Of a stretch of DNA of 64,000 bases, positions 9,884-19,149 are shown piece after piece. Below the pieces are notes generated by a model, which searched no databases, had not been told where the DNA came from, and saw only the letters and a program-made list of their open reading frames with translations. The translations under genes were made by a program, and so were the position numbers. Within the stretch, counting starts at the first letter, position 1. Every line of letters begins with the position of its first letter. Origin of the DNA: Smithellaceae bacterium (GTDB taxonomy: Bacteria; Desulfobacterota; Syntrophia; Syntrophales; Smithellaceae); assembly GCA_963667845.2 (NCBI GenBank), contig CAXXVL010000002.1, positions 2,848,001 through 2,912,000 of the forward strand, given 5' to 3'.

Positions 9884-10860
9884 ATGCGCCTTTTTTTGTG
9901 GAAATACTTTCCCAAAGTCGAGAAGTGAAATACCGGCATAAGGCGAACTCGTTGCCGATACGCATCGGACGTGCATATGACAACGATGTTATTCTCGATG
10001 ATCCACACATCTCGGCTCATCACGCTCTGATAGAACAAACTGCCGCTGGTGAATTAATGATACGGGATTTGGACAGTCGTAATGGAATTATGTGTAAAGG
10101 TTCACGCCAAGCGGAAATGCTAATAGACGGTAAAATGAGTTTCCGGCTTGGACATACCTCTCTACGAGTTCGCTTTGCCGATTTTCCAGTTGCGGCTGAA
10201 ATCACAGATTCTACTTTTTATAACTGGGAAGGTTTTCGTCCGGCGTTGGTTGGTCTGATCATTATTGTGTTGCTTGCTGTTTTCAACAGATGGATTGTCG
10301 ATACCCAAAAATTTGAGGTGATTCCCTATCTCAGACTTAATGCCGCATGGCTTTGTGTCGGACTGGCATGGTGCGGAATTTGGGCATTTGCTAACCAACT
10401 GTTTGGTCGTAATACACGATTTGGGCGTCACTTATTCATTTTGGGATGTGGAATTGCAGCAATTCAAATTTGGATCATTTTCAGTGCCGTCATGGCATAT
10501 GCTTTTTCTTTGGAAATTGTTACTCGTTACAGAAGTCACCTTGTAATTGCCATTTGTGCGGTCACTGTGTTTTTCCATCTATTGACTATCAATCCTCATA
10601 GTCGCCGTTATTTTGCATTAACCTGTGTCATACTGGCAGTGCTTGGCTCTGGATTAATGCTGATGTATAATTACTCCGGCACAGGTCGGCTGGCGGATGA
10701 ACTGTATATGTCTGAGCATTTTCCACCTGTGGTACGCCAAAGTTCTGACAAGCCCGTCACTCAAATTATCAGCGATACAAAAAAACTAAAAACAAAAGCT
10801 GACGAGGCGCGCACCAGGTTGGATGGTACTGAAGAAGAGGATACAGAGAATAAGAATTGA
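9880..10860 (+). CDS. FHA-domain multi-pass membrane protein
   Basis: IGRAYDND..ISAHHA..DLDSRNG FHA motifs then ~5 hydrophobic helices; ATGA overlap with the protease gene. Confidence 0.85.
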   Translation: MNAPFFVEILSQSREVKYRHKANSLPIRIGRAYDNDVILDDPHISAHHALIEQTAAGELMIRDLDSRNGIMCKGSRQAEMLIDGKMSFRLGHTSLRVRFADFPVAAEITDSTFYNWEGFRPALVGLIIIVLLAVFNRWIVDTQKFEVIPYLRLNAAWLCVGLAWCGIWAFANQLFGRNTRFGRHLFILGCGIAAIQIWIIFSAVMAYAFSLEIVTRYRSHLVIAICAVTVFFHLLTINPHSRRYFALTCVILAVLGSGLMLMYNYSGTGRLADELYMSEHFPPVVRQSSDKPVTQIISDTKKLKTKADEARTRLDGTEEEDTENKN

Positions 10861-10921
10861 TGATTTCTCTAGAAGTAAAAAATATTTTTGCTTTTATAGA
10901 TATAGATAAACGTCGATTAGA

Positions 10922-11114
10922 AAAAGAATGCTTTCCTGACACCCCCCCAGGATGACTTCCAAGCAGAAGTAGCCGGAGTGTTTGGTTCCATATCCCTTCC
11001 ATCCGTGCATTACACGTCCAAAATAAATTCTGCCTTGGAGACCCCACCCGTCATGTTAAAAATTAAGTTTCGGCCACAAAAACACTCTCCAGAAAATTTC
11101 AAAAAAAATAGAAA
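10922..11114 (+). repeat. Diverged ~190-bp direct repeat, copy B
   Basis: See copy A (8108-8298). Confidence 0.75.
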
Positions 11115-11285
11115 TGAGCTGGGCTGAAGGATTGATGCTGATAGAAGAATTGCTGATATTGATAATTTCCGGTTGAGGATGCTTTCGCTTTTCATTCTGC
11201 TTCAAAAGGAGTAGGATGCGTAACACGTTTCGGAGACAGACCTAATAAATACCTAATAGGGTACATACATTGTTCGCTGTGAGGC

Positions 11286-12014
11286 ATGCTGATGCCCGAA
11301 AGAATAGCCGAATACTGCAAGAATAATTTGAGTCTGCAAGACGCTAAGCTTGGTGAAGAATACTTCTATCTTAGTCTACCATTTTGTATCATTGATGCTG
11401 TCTACTCCCTAGCCGCTAGATATAGCTCCACTAGAAATGTTGTGATACGTTTTTGCAATATTGAAGGATTGCAACGATTAAAACTGGTTAGGTCATCTTA
11501 CCCTGAAATTTCAGATCAATATTCAGTAAAGCAGTTTGATGATGCACTTTCTCGTTATGATGATTATGGCAAAATTGCTTCGGGATTATTTAACAACCGG
11601 CAACGAACATCAACAAGAAATGGAATTCTTAAAGCAGAAGCTGTGCATAGATTTGCACAAGTTCTCTTGCGTCATAATGTAAACTATTTCCAAGATATTC
11701 AAAAGGTTTTCCAAAACCATCACTTTGAATCAGATATTTGCTCCATACCCGGACAGACACATGGAACATCACTCACATATTTCTTTATGCTTTCGGGTGA
11801 GGAAAACTTGATCAAACCCGATCGGATGGTTGTGCGTTTTTTACAGCGCATCGTTGATAAACAGATAAGCGTGCAAAGTCCTCATGAATGGTTGTCAAAA
11901 GCTTTGCTGATCCTTAATGAAATTTATCCCACATTGACATTGCGGCAATTAGATCATGAAATATGGAAATATGAACAGTCATGGCGACCAATTAAATACA
12001 GATGTTTCGGCTGA
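11286..12014 (+). CDS. Cassette 1: hypothetical protein, possible HhH-GPD glycosylase-like fold
   Basis: CIIDAVYS, IPGQ, FFMLSG..IKPDRMV motifs reminiscent of HhH-GPD-like proteins; ORF runs into the damaged attC. Confidence 0.55.
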   Translation: MLMPERIAEYCKNNLSLQDAKLGEEYFYLSLPFCIIDAVYSLAARYSSTRNVVIRFCNIEGLQRLKLVRSSYPEISDQYSVKQFDDALSRYDDYGKIASGLFNNRQRTSTRNGILKAEAVHRFAQVLLRHNVNYFQDIQKVFQNHHFESDICSIPGQTHGTSLTYFFMLSGEENLIKPDRMVVRFLQRIVDKQISVQSPHEWLSKALLILNEIYPTLTLRQLDHEIWKYEQSWRPIKYRCFG

Positions 12015-12028
12015 TTTTTTCGTTTGCG
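11983..12028 (+). repeat. attC-like site 1 (degenerate, internally deleted)
   Basis: GGCGACC...CGGCTGATTTTTTC-GTTTGCG; only the right half matches consensus. Confidence 0.6.
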
Positions 12029-12054
12029 AAAAAAAATAATTAAAGGGAGTAAGC

Positions 12055-12909
12055 ATGGCGGCAACCATAAAGGAGAACGCCAGTATTATATTGGCAAGTC
12101 TCTATACGGAATCGAAGAAACTTGGACAGCAAGACGAGATCGATGGGCATCATATACAAGAGTTGACCAAGCTTGCCCCAGACCAAATAAACGATGCCGT
12201 AGCCATATTACGTGACAATGGGTATGTCGAGTGGCAGCAGTTTTTGGGTACCGCCCCCTTTGAATTCGGCTATGTTGAGATAACTCCGCGGGGAAAGGCG
12301 GAATATGAAAGAGCCATTGAGCAGAGCAAAAATAGGCATACGGTTTCTGCAATCAATCCGGCAACAACTCCTGTGGGTTCCCCGTATGGGTTTCAGGATA
12401 GCGATTGGGAGCTAGTTGCAGAAAGAAAGAACGAACGGGGTAAACTGTTTGTTGTAGTGGGCTACCAGTTCACGTCTTCTTACTATACATCTGGAGATCT
12501 CGTCATGAATCTTCGGAATCACTTCGAAGCCGCAGTCAAGAGGTATAATGCGCTGCCGACATCTTTGCATGTTGAACTTGAATTCAGTCCTCTCGCCGCA
12601 GGCTATGGAGAGCACCTTTTCAATGAGATATGCCGTGATATAATATGCGCAGACATTGCAATCTTCGAGACCTCAGACGTAAATCCAAATGTAATGCTGG
12701 AAATGGGCGTGGCTCTGACTTGGGGCGTCAGGGTATTGCCGATAAAGGCCAGTGGTTGTCCGAAGCCACCCTCTGACATTTCTGGGCAGACTTGGGCAGA
12801 CTACGAAGACAATGCCAATCATTTTGTTGACCGAGATCATGATCGCAAGATGCTACGAATGGTTGAAAGAGCAGCAAGGAAGAAAGGCGCGCTGAACATG
12901 CAGCAATAG
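12055..12909 (+). CDS. Cassette 2: N-terminal winged helix plus C-terminal TIR/nucleoside-deoxyribosyltransferase-like domain
   Basis: VEITPRG wHTH end; ADIAIFETSDVNPNVMLEMGVA resembles the NPNV.yElG motif. Confidence 0.65.
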   Translation: MAATIKENASIILASLYTESKKLGQQDEIDGHHIQELTKLAPDQINDAVAILRDNGYVEWQQFLGTAPFEFGYVEITPRGKAEYERAIEQSKNRHTVSAINPATTPVGSPYGFQDSDWELVAERKNERGKLFVVVGYQFTSSYYTSGDLVMNLRNHFEAAVKRYNALPTSLHVELEFSPLAAGYGEHLFNEICRDIICADIAIFETSDVNPNVMLEMGVALTWGVRVLPIKASGCPKPPSDISGQTWADYEDNANHFVDRDHDRKMLRMVERAARKKGALNMQQ

Positions 12910-12980
12910 TATTAACCCGAAGCTTAACAGTTCCAGTTATGTAATGTTGTGGCAGTGCTAAATAGGTAAATTGTAAAAAG

Positions 12981-13033
12981 GCACAGCGTCGCTCCAGCCG
13001 ATCGCTACGCTCCGGGTGAGCTTTTCGTTGAGC
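12981..13033 (+). repeat. attC-like site 2
   Basis: GCACAGC...CAGCCGATCGCTACGCTCCGGGTGAGCTTTTC-GTTGAGC; left core AAC altered. Confidence 0.8.
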
Positions 13034-13052
13034 CTAAAATCGAGGTAAGAAT

Positions 13053-13442
13053 ATGTGTGAACACTGTCAGAAAACAATGAATAGAATATGGCCTAAGCTA
13101 CAATTAGGTAAACGCTATAGAACGCCTGATCTTTATAAAGGGAAAGACTTCTATATTGAAGAAAAAACAAATCAAACAATTAAGATCAGACCTCAACACA
13201 TCGCCATATCTAAAGAATCGTTCTTAGCTGCATTGCATTATCTCCTTCAAAACAAGCACAATTTTAATAATCAATGTGAGATTCGTTCATCCAACTCAAA
13301 AGAAACGGCAGGGCCACTTTGCCTTGCTTCGCGGGATAAAAACGCAACCATTCGTTGTATAAACTATATTTTGCCTATACTGCAAAATAACCAAATTGTA
13401 GGCATAGACCCAGTTCGACCGAATAAAACATGGCTTATTTAA
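13053..13442 (+). CDS. Cassette 3: hypothetical protein
   Basis: 129 aa ORF with GAGG RBS, fills the cassette. Confidence 0.7.
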   Translation: MCEHCQKTMNRIWPKLQLGKRYRTPDLYKGKDFYIEEKTNQTIKIRPQHIAISKESFLAALHYLLQNKHNFNNQCEIRSSNSKETAGPLCLASRDKNATIRCINYILPILQNNQIVGIDPVRPNKTWLI

Positions 13443-13456
13443 TCAAGCATAGAAAT

Positions 13457-13511
13457 GCCCAACAAAGGCAATAAGCCGATCGCTACGATCCGGTTGATTT
13501 TTTCGTTAAGG
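13457..13511 (+). repeat. attC-like site 3
   Basis: GCCCAAC...AGCCGATCGCTACGATCCGGTTGATTTTTTC-GTTAAGG. Confidence 0.88.
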
Positions 13512-13521
13512 GGGAAAAGAG

Positions 13522-14343
13522 ATGAAATCAATCATTACAAAGAATGGACATTTTTATTTTATTATAATTCCGATTATAATTGCTTGCTGCTGCCAGACAG
13601 GCCATGCAGGCGCTAACTCACTTGTTAGCACCGATAAGGATAGCTATAATTATGGAGAAGTAATCAAGGTCAATTTTTCTAATGCGCTGGGCAAAGAATC
13701 AGATTGGATTTGCATCGTGCCGAGTGGCTCTCCAGATACCGAAGCAGGCGACTATAAGAATATGCCGAAGGGGTTGGTTGATGGTATTATAACCTTTGAC
13801 TCTCCCTCGCCAGGTAAATATGAAGTAAGAGCCTATTACGACTATAATCGTAAAGGATATGTGACGTCTGCACGACATAGTTTTTTAGTCATGAGCACCC
13901 CAGAATATGAAAATTCTAGTTCATATAAAGATGGAACGATTAAAAAAATATTTGATGCACCAGGCTATTCGAAAGACCAAATATTCGATGGAGCAAAAAT
14001 TTGGATATCGGAAAACTTCAGGTCTGCAAAGGCTGTTCTTGAATATGAGAACAAAGAAACCGGCATAATCATTGGCAACGGAAATATTCCATTCCCATGT
14101 CAGGGATGGAAATGCATGGGAACTGGCGGTTGGAAACTTAGTTTTACTATGCGCACCGATATAAAGGATCATAAATTTCGATTAACATTCACAAACCTTA
14201 GAGTATTTGGTACGGATCGCGGTTTATATGATGGGCCAATTGGCAGAGAAAGTACCTTCAATGAAGTTAAAGATAAACTATCTGATTTTGGCAATCAAAT
14301 GTTGGCATCATTCAGAAAAGAGAAAAGCAAAGACAATTGGTAG
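13522..14343 (+). CDS. Cassette 4: exported protein, Ig-like domain plus DUF4468-like domain
   Basis: Signal peptide; PGKYEVRAY beta-sandwich; SKDQIF..WISENFRSAKAVLEYENKETG..IGNG. Confidence 0.7.
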   Translation: MKSIITKNGHFYFIIIPIIIACCCQTGHAGANSLVSTDKDSYNYGEVIKVNFSNALGKESDWICIVPSGSPDTEAGDYKNMPKGLVDGIITFDSPSPGKYEVRAYYDYNRKGYVTSARHSFLVMSTPEYENSSSYKDGTIKKIFDAPGYSKDQIFDGAKIWISENFRSAKAVLEYENKETGIIIGNGNIPFPCQGWKCMGTGGWKLSFTMRTDIKDHKFRLTFTNLRVFGTDRGLYDGPIGRESTFNEVKDKLSDFGNQMLASFRKEKSKDNW

Positions 14344-14411
14344 AGCCAGAATTATACAACGGGTGAGACACTTCCAATACGAGAAGATGATTCTCTGAAT
14401 AAAAAAAGAAG

Positions 14412-14467
14412 GCATAACAAGGCCAATCCAGCCGATCGCTGCGCTCCGGCTGATCTTTTCGTTATGC
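14412..14467 (+). repeat. attC-like site 4
   Basis: GCATAAC..ATCCAGCCG/CGGCTGAT (one extrahelical base)..GTTATGC. Confidence 0.92.
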
Positions 14468-14485
14468 CAAATTCAAGGATAGTGA

Positions 14486-15238
14486 ATGCAACATAAGAGC
14501 AAGAATAAAAACTGGATCGCAATAATTGCCTTAGGAGTCTCTATTCTCAGTCTTGGCTATACGATCATAAACAGTCAAATTCAAACCCAGAGATTGCAAG
14601 ATAATGATTTTATTAATCAGAGCCTACAAAACAGACCAATTTTGTCTATAATAGGGAAGCCTGAAGTAAAGAGAGTAGAATATGACATACAAGCAGAAAT
14701 GTTAAATGGTAAGGTGATTAACTCAAGTGCAACTAAACTTAAGATCGATACGAAAATACGTATCAGAAATGATGGCAATACCAATGCACACTTAATCTTG
14801 TATGCTGTAACTGATCGTCTGTCTGGATTACCCGAGATAAGGGATGCCACCACCAGCAAGTTTAAGAATTTCCCTGGAAAGTTAGACATTGGTCTAATTA
14901 AAGACTACTATCAAACAGTAGACATTCTTCCAGGAAAAGAACATATTATTGAAACATCAAGACCTGTACAAAATATAAATGAGGGGCTGTTCAACATTCA
15001 TTATTACTTAGTTTACAAAAATGAAGTAGGAAATGTTTATGATACTTACTATTGGGCGAGATTTCGCTCAAAAGAGTTCAAGCTAAACCCGTCAGCAGAC
15101 AGTGACACTATCGAGAAAGCCCTTATGGGTTCAATCGTTTTTGTTGATGATCACTACTCATACAAAATTTTCAACAGAGAAGATTCTCTATATTTAAATA
15201 ATTTAAGAGAGTCGATTGAAAAGAACTCTAACAAATAG
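14486..15238 (+). CDS. Cassette 5: membrane-anchored hypothetical protein
   Basis: N-terminal TM helix, 250 aa, stop codon overlaps first base of the attC. Confidence 0.7.
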   Translation: MQHKSKNKNWIAIIALGVSILSLGYTIINSQIQTQRLQDNDFINQSLQNRPILSIIGKPEVKRVEYDIQAEMLNGKVINSSATKLKIDTKIRIRNDGNTNAHLILYAVTDRLSGLPEIRDATTSKFKNFPGKLDIGLIKDYYQTVDILPGKEHIIETSRPVQNINEGLFNIHYYLVYKNEVGNVYDTYYWARFRSKEFKLNPSADSDTIEKALMGSIVFVDDHYSYKIFNREDSLYLNNLRESIEKNSNK

Positions 15239-15293
15239 CATAACAAAAGCAATACACCCGATCACTACGCTCCGGATGATTTCGTTGTTATGG
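15238..15293 (+). repeat. attC-like site 5
   Basis: GCATAAC...CCGATCACTACGCTCCGG...GTTATGG. Confidence 0.9.
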
Positions 15294-15320
15294 CTCACCA
15301 AGAATCGAAGATAGGATGTA

Positions 15321-16151
15321 ATGGATAGAATCCCTGTAAACGACACAATCATTTATTCCTTGGCTCGTCTAGTCGATGATGCCCAAAAAGAGAGAAGAGA
15401 TCCCAGTCATTCTGATCTTGAATTTCAGCTAAATAGGGCTGGCTTAATTCATGTTGATCCAAACAAAGATGGCTCCCCTGTGGGAAAAGCAAAAAGGCTA
15501 CGAATAGTGCTTAATTGGGCCATTGAAAATGACATCCAAAAAGCAGAAAAGTTAGCTGCTGGAATAATTTCTTCCGTTAAGGGATGTGGCGGATTCCGAA
15601 ACTCCTCTCCCAATTTTGTAGGTTCCGATGCAATTGCAGATTTAAGCTCCGCCTTGCGTCCAGAGGGATTTATCTTGGGCGAAGATGGTTCCATATCACC
15701 AGTTGCATTGGATAATCTGTCAGGTCGAAATCTGACTCAGGCGCTTCATGGGTATGTAAATAGGGCTAAAAAAGGAATTGAAGACGCAGCATTAGTAGTT
15801 GGCACAAGTAAAGACTTAATGGAGGCGGTGGCAGCCCATGTAATACAAGAGCTGTGGGGAAGCTACCCTTCCACGGCTAACTTCCCAAGTTTATTGGGGC
15901 AGGCATTTGTTGCACTTGATATGGCCACGCCGGAGCAGAAACCAGCTCAAGGTGAGCACCAGCGTTGTAGATTAGAGCGCTCGCTATATGAAACTGCCTG
16001 TTCAATTAATAATCTCCGAAATAAGCAAGGTGCTGGGCATGGTCGTCCGTGGGTGCCCGATTTGCGGGCCGCTGAAGCTAAAGCAGCAGTTGAGTTTATT
16101 GGAGCCATTGCTGAGCTTATGTTGGATAATCTTGAACGGAAAAAACCATAA
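15321..16151 (+). CDS. Cassette 6: abortive-infection family protein (Abi C-terminal, HEPN-like)
   Basis: VGTSKDLME and LRNKQGAGHGR match the Abi_C-type RN..G.gHG motif; TAA stop lies within attC core CCATAAC. Confidence 0.75.
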   Translation: MDRIPVNDTIIYSLARLVDDAQKERRDPSHSDLEFQLNRAGLIHVDPNKDGSPVGKAKRLRIVLNWAIENDIQKAEKLAAGIISSVKGCGGFRNSSPNFVGSDAIADLSSALRPEGFILGEDGSISPVALDNLSGRNLTQALHGYVNRAKKGIEDAALVVGTSKDLMEAVAAHVIQELWGSYPSTANFPSLLGQAFVALDMATPEQKPAQGEHQRCRLERSLYETACSINNLRNKQGAGHGRPWVPDLRAAEAKAAVEFIGAIAELMLDNLERKKP

Positions 16152-16202
16152 CCAATCAGTACAGCGGACTCGCTGCGCTCCCCGTTGATTTCGTCGTTAA
16201 GC
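16146..16202 (+). repeat. attC-like site 6
   Basis: CCATAAC...CAGCGG ACTCGCTGCGCTCC CCGTTG...GTTAAGC. Confidence 0.9.
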
Positions 16203-16230
16203 ACAAAAGGAACTGAATGCGATCAGGAGC

Positions 16231-16899
16231 TTGAAGATGTCATCGACTGCAGAGAATAACCAAAAGGTTAAAATGGAGTTTATCGATGCTTTGTTTGATG
16301 ACTATGACAATAAAGCAAGCTATCTAATAGAGCTATACAAGAATGGTCGTCGGGATGAAGCGCGAATCCTATGCGCGTGCTATATTGATGGATTAGCATC
16401 CGCCTTATGTTGGCCAGGAGAGCGCAGCAACTACAACTATGTATGTATCCTAAAGGAACATGGTGGTAATGAAATATTCTCTTGCGTTCATCCAAAAATG
16501 CTCGATGACGCTCTGAATAAACTGTCGGAAAGGAATAAGTGGAAAACAATTTTGTTGATTGTTTCTGACAGGCTCCGCGTCGCTGAAGAACGGCTTTACG
16601 GAGAGGATGAAATACTTGAACTGTTTGTTCCCCACTTGAATGCTACTGAACTGGAACTTGTCCGCAAGGAATTATGGCGCGGCACGTTTGCCGCTATAAT
16701 CTACAACCGATTTCGCCTTGCTGCAATCCATGGCTTTGGTCCGCCGGATGGAACTACGTTTGATCGCACTACATTTCAAGGCGAGCCTGTCCCTGCCATA
16801 GATTTCTCCATGGTTCATGGTTGTCTTAAGCGAATTATAAGTGTTGCTAGAGAGATCTCGAATAATTCAGGTAAATGGTTTGGTCACGACTTTAAATGA
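16231..16899 (+). CDS. Cassette 7: hypothetical alpha-helical protein, possible HEPN-like
   Basis: IYNRFRLAAIHG contains R-x4-H; start may be ATG 16237. Confidence 0.6.
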   Translation: MKMSSTAENNQKVKMEFIDALFDDYDNKASYLIELYKNGRRDEARILCACYIDGLASALCWPGERSNYNYVCILKEHGGNEIFSCVHPKMLDDALNKLSERNKWKTILLIVSDRLRVAEERLYGEDEILELFVPHLNATELELVRKELWRGTFAAIIYNRFRLAAIHGFGPPDGTTFDRTTFQGEPVPAIDFSMVHGCLKRIISVAREISNNSGKWFGHDFK

Positions 16900-16929
16900 A
16901 ACAGATGTTGAAACTAAGACTAAATAAAC

Positions 16930-16994
16930 GCTTAACAAGGCGCTAGATCCAATCGCAGCCGTCTGGGCCGCTCCGGTTTAGCTTTCCGTTCGAT
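16930..16994 (+). repeat. attC-like site 7 (long class)
   Basis: GCTTAAC...GCAGCC-GTCTG-GGCCGC-TCCGGTTTAGCTTTCC-GTTCGAT. Confidence 0.88.
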
Positions 16995-17018
16995 GAATTC
17001 AAATATTAGGAGAATACA

Positions 17019-18026
17019 ATGTTTGAAGAATTGATAAAGCAAGTCTCGGCATTAAATGGCCAACGAATAGCCATACGAATACCACTGGACGAAAAAGGAT
17101 ATTTCGATCGGCAATGTTCAAATAATGAATGTAAAAAGTATTTCAAAGTGAATTTTGAAGACTGGAAAAACATTGTTAAAGATGAAGTTGTATATTGTCC
17201 AATCTGTAAGTATGAATCACCCGCAACTGAATGGAACACTGAATCACAGCAAGAATATATAAAAGATCAAGGACTAAGTGTAATTCAGGACCACATTTCT
17301 GAATCACTAAAAAAAGATGCGAGAAATTTTAATTCCAAACAAAAGAAAGGATTTATCAATATAAGTCTAAGCTACAAGCAAGGTAGCAAAATTATACCAA
17401 TAGCTCCTGAAGTTTTTAAAGAACTAGAACAAAATTATGGCTGCCTTTATTGTGGCTGCCATTATTCATATTTTGGCACAGCATATTTTTGCCCATCTTG
17501 CGGCGAAGAAAATACTGAAGGAAATATCAAGGAATGGACTCGTAACATACAGCTATTTGTGAAAGAAAGTAATAAAATCAAGAAATCCTATAAAGGCATA
17601 TTTTCCGAAGAAGAATCTGAAAGTGCATTTTCTCAATTCACTGAAGATCAGTTTTGTAGGATTGTGTCTATTTTTCAAAAACACTCTGAGAATCTATTTG
17701 AGAGATATCCGGGATCGGAAGCGATAACGATAAGGAAGAATTTATTTCAAAACTTAATTGAATCATCCATAAAGTGGAAAGAATTAACCGGGCAAGGTTA
17801 TGAAGAAATATTCGAATTAAGAAAATACAAAGAATTCAAAAAGTACTTCCAAATTAGACATGTGTTATCACACACGGGTGGAATAGTTGATGCTGATTTC
17901 ATTACAAAGACAAATGCAAGCTACAAAGAAGGACAAAGGGTTTTAATCGATATCGGGATGTTAGATTCTTTCATTAATATTGCAATAGAATTTATGGCCA
18001 TAATGAAGGCGAAGTATAAAAAATGA
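17019..18026 (+). CDS. Cassette 8: Zn-ribbon plus HEPN-like protein
   Basis: Four Cys pairs (CSNNEC, CPIC, CLYC, CPSC); C-terminal IRHVLSHTGGIVD R-x4-H motif. Confidence 0.7.
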   Translation: MFEELIKQVSALNGQRIAIRIPLDEKGYFDRQCSNNECKKYFKVNFEDWKNIVKDEVVYCPICKYESPATEWNTESQQEYIKDQGLSVIQDHISESLKKDARNFNSKQKKGFINISLSYKQGSKIIPIAPEVFKELEQNYGCLYCGCHYSYFGTAYFCPSCGEENTEGNIKEWTRNIQLFVKESNKIKKSYKGIFSEEESESAFSQFTEDQFCRIVSIFQKHSENLFERYPGSEAITIRKNLFQNLIESSIKWKELTGQGYEEIFELRKYKEFKKYFQIRHVLSHTGGIVDADFITKTNASYKEGQRVLIDIGMLDSFINIAIEFMAIMKAKYKK

Positions 18027-18028
18027 CC

Positions 18029-18081
18029 ATCGACAATGCTATACAGCCGATCGCTATGCTCCGGGTGATTTCCCGTTGGGC
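18029..18081 (+). repeat. attC-like site 8
   Basis: ATCGAC (1-nt deletion of AAC core)...ATACAGCCGATCGCTATGCTCCGGGTGAT...GTTGGGC. Confidence 0.85.
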
Positions 18082-18098
18082 AAGAAAGGAGAAAATAA

Positions 18099-18332
18099 AT
18101 GTCAGAAAGTCGATTTCGTTACATCGTAGTAGGACTGCTGGGCGTCCTTGTATTGTTGCAACTTCTCATGTTATATCGGTTACCTACGCCAGTTACTCTT
18201 AATTCATTAATTTCAGCTCCGCAAGACCAGAAGGCTGATCTCATCAAGCAGGTTCCCCTTGTGAGAGTTCAAGGTGGTTCAGTTGATGTAGAAGTTCAAA
18301 ATACACCACTAGAAGTTGAGATCAATCGGTAG
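18099..18332 (+). CDS. Cassette 9: small membrane-anchored protein
   Basis: AGGAG RBS, N-terminal TM helix, 77 aa. Confidence 0.7.
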   Translation: MSESRFRYIVVGLLGVLVLLQLLMLYRLPTPVTLNSLISAPQDQKADLIKQVPLVRVQGGSVDVEVQNTPLEVEINR

Positions 18333-18357
18333 AGTGAAATTGGCTGTCTAATACACA

Positions 18358-18421
18358 GCCCAACAAGCAGCCAGAGTTGATAGCGGCCCGTAGGCCGCTC
18401 CGGCTTAGCTTTTCGTTATGC
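18358..18421 (+). repeat. attC-like site 9 (long class)
   Basis: GCCCAAC...GCGGCC-CGTA-GGCCGC-TCCGGCTTAGCTTTTC-GTTATGC. Confidence 0.88.
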
Positions 18422-18446
18422 ACCTTATAATACGTGGAGGTTAAGA

Positions 18447-19001
18447 ATGAGACTCAAGATGCCTATCTGGCTTGCAATAGTAATCGTTATGATCTTGGTG
18501 GCAGGGCATGCTAACGCACGAGACTGCTACCAGTCGTCTATTCTCAGCCCTTCGCCGTTCATGGGTAATAACGATGAAATTTTTAAACTTGACGATGGGT
18601 CCGTGTGGCAAGTGAAGTATGAGTATGAATACCTATACGAGTATTATCCGTCGGTGATTATTTGCCCAAGTCGGGGCAAATTGATCGTCGGCAAGAAATC
18701 TCTCAATGTGCAGCCTGTTTCCGGCACGTCGAACAGGTCAAGTTCTAAAGATAAAACCACACCACAAACAGGCGAGTGGGAGTTGTTCGAAGATACAAAT
18801 CTTGAAGGTAGCATTAGTGGTATGGTGCAGCAAGGGCGTATATTCAAAACACTCTCTGGCCATGTTTATGAAGTCGTAGGGCTTACCCTTCAGCTTGTAT
18901 TAGAGCTTCAGCCTAAAGTAATGATTCTTAGAAGCGGCGATACGTATAAACTTATTGTCGAAGGATTCGATGAGCCTTTAATTTGCAGAAAGCTGAATTA
19001 A
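18447..19001 (+). CDS. Cassette 10: secreted protein with two related beta-rich domains
   Basis: GGAGG RBS, signal peptide ending AHANA-like site; IFKLDDGSVW and IFKTLSGHVY internal similarity. Confidence 0.7.
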   Translation: MRLKMPIWLAIVIVMILVAGHANARDCYQSSILSPSPFMGNNDEIFKLDDGSVWQVKYEYEYLYEYYPSVIICPSRGKLIVGKKSLNVQPVSGTSNRSSSKDKTTPQTGEWELFEDTNLEGSISGMVQQGRIFKTLSGHVYEVVGLTLQLVLELQPKVMILRSGDTYKLIVEGFDEPLICRKLN

Positions 19002-19067
19002 GTGCACCAAGCGAATGGGGAGATAGGTAAAAGAATGCTGTGTATACATCATAATTTTTATCTAAAA

Positions 19068-19124
19068 GCCTAAGAAGGGGCAATACAGCCGATCGCTTCG
19101 ATCCGGCTGATTTTTTCGTTGGGG
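19068..19124 (+). repeat. attC-like site 10
   Basis: GCCTAAG (AAC>AAG)...CAATACAGCCGATCGCTTCGATCCGGCTGATTTTTTC-GTTGGGG. Confidence 0.85.
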
Positions 19125-19149
19125 CACTTTAATTAATATTGAAAAGGAG

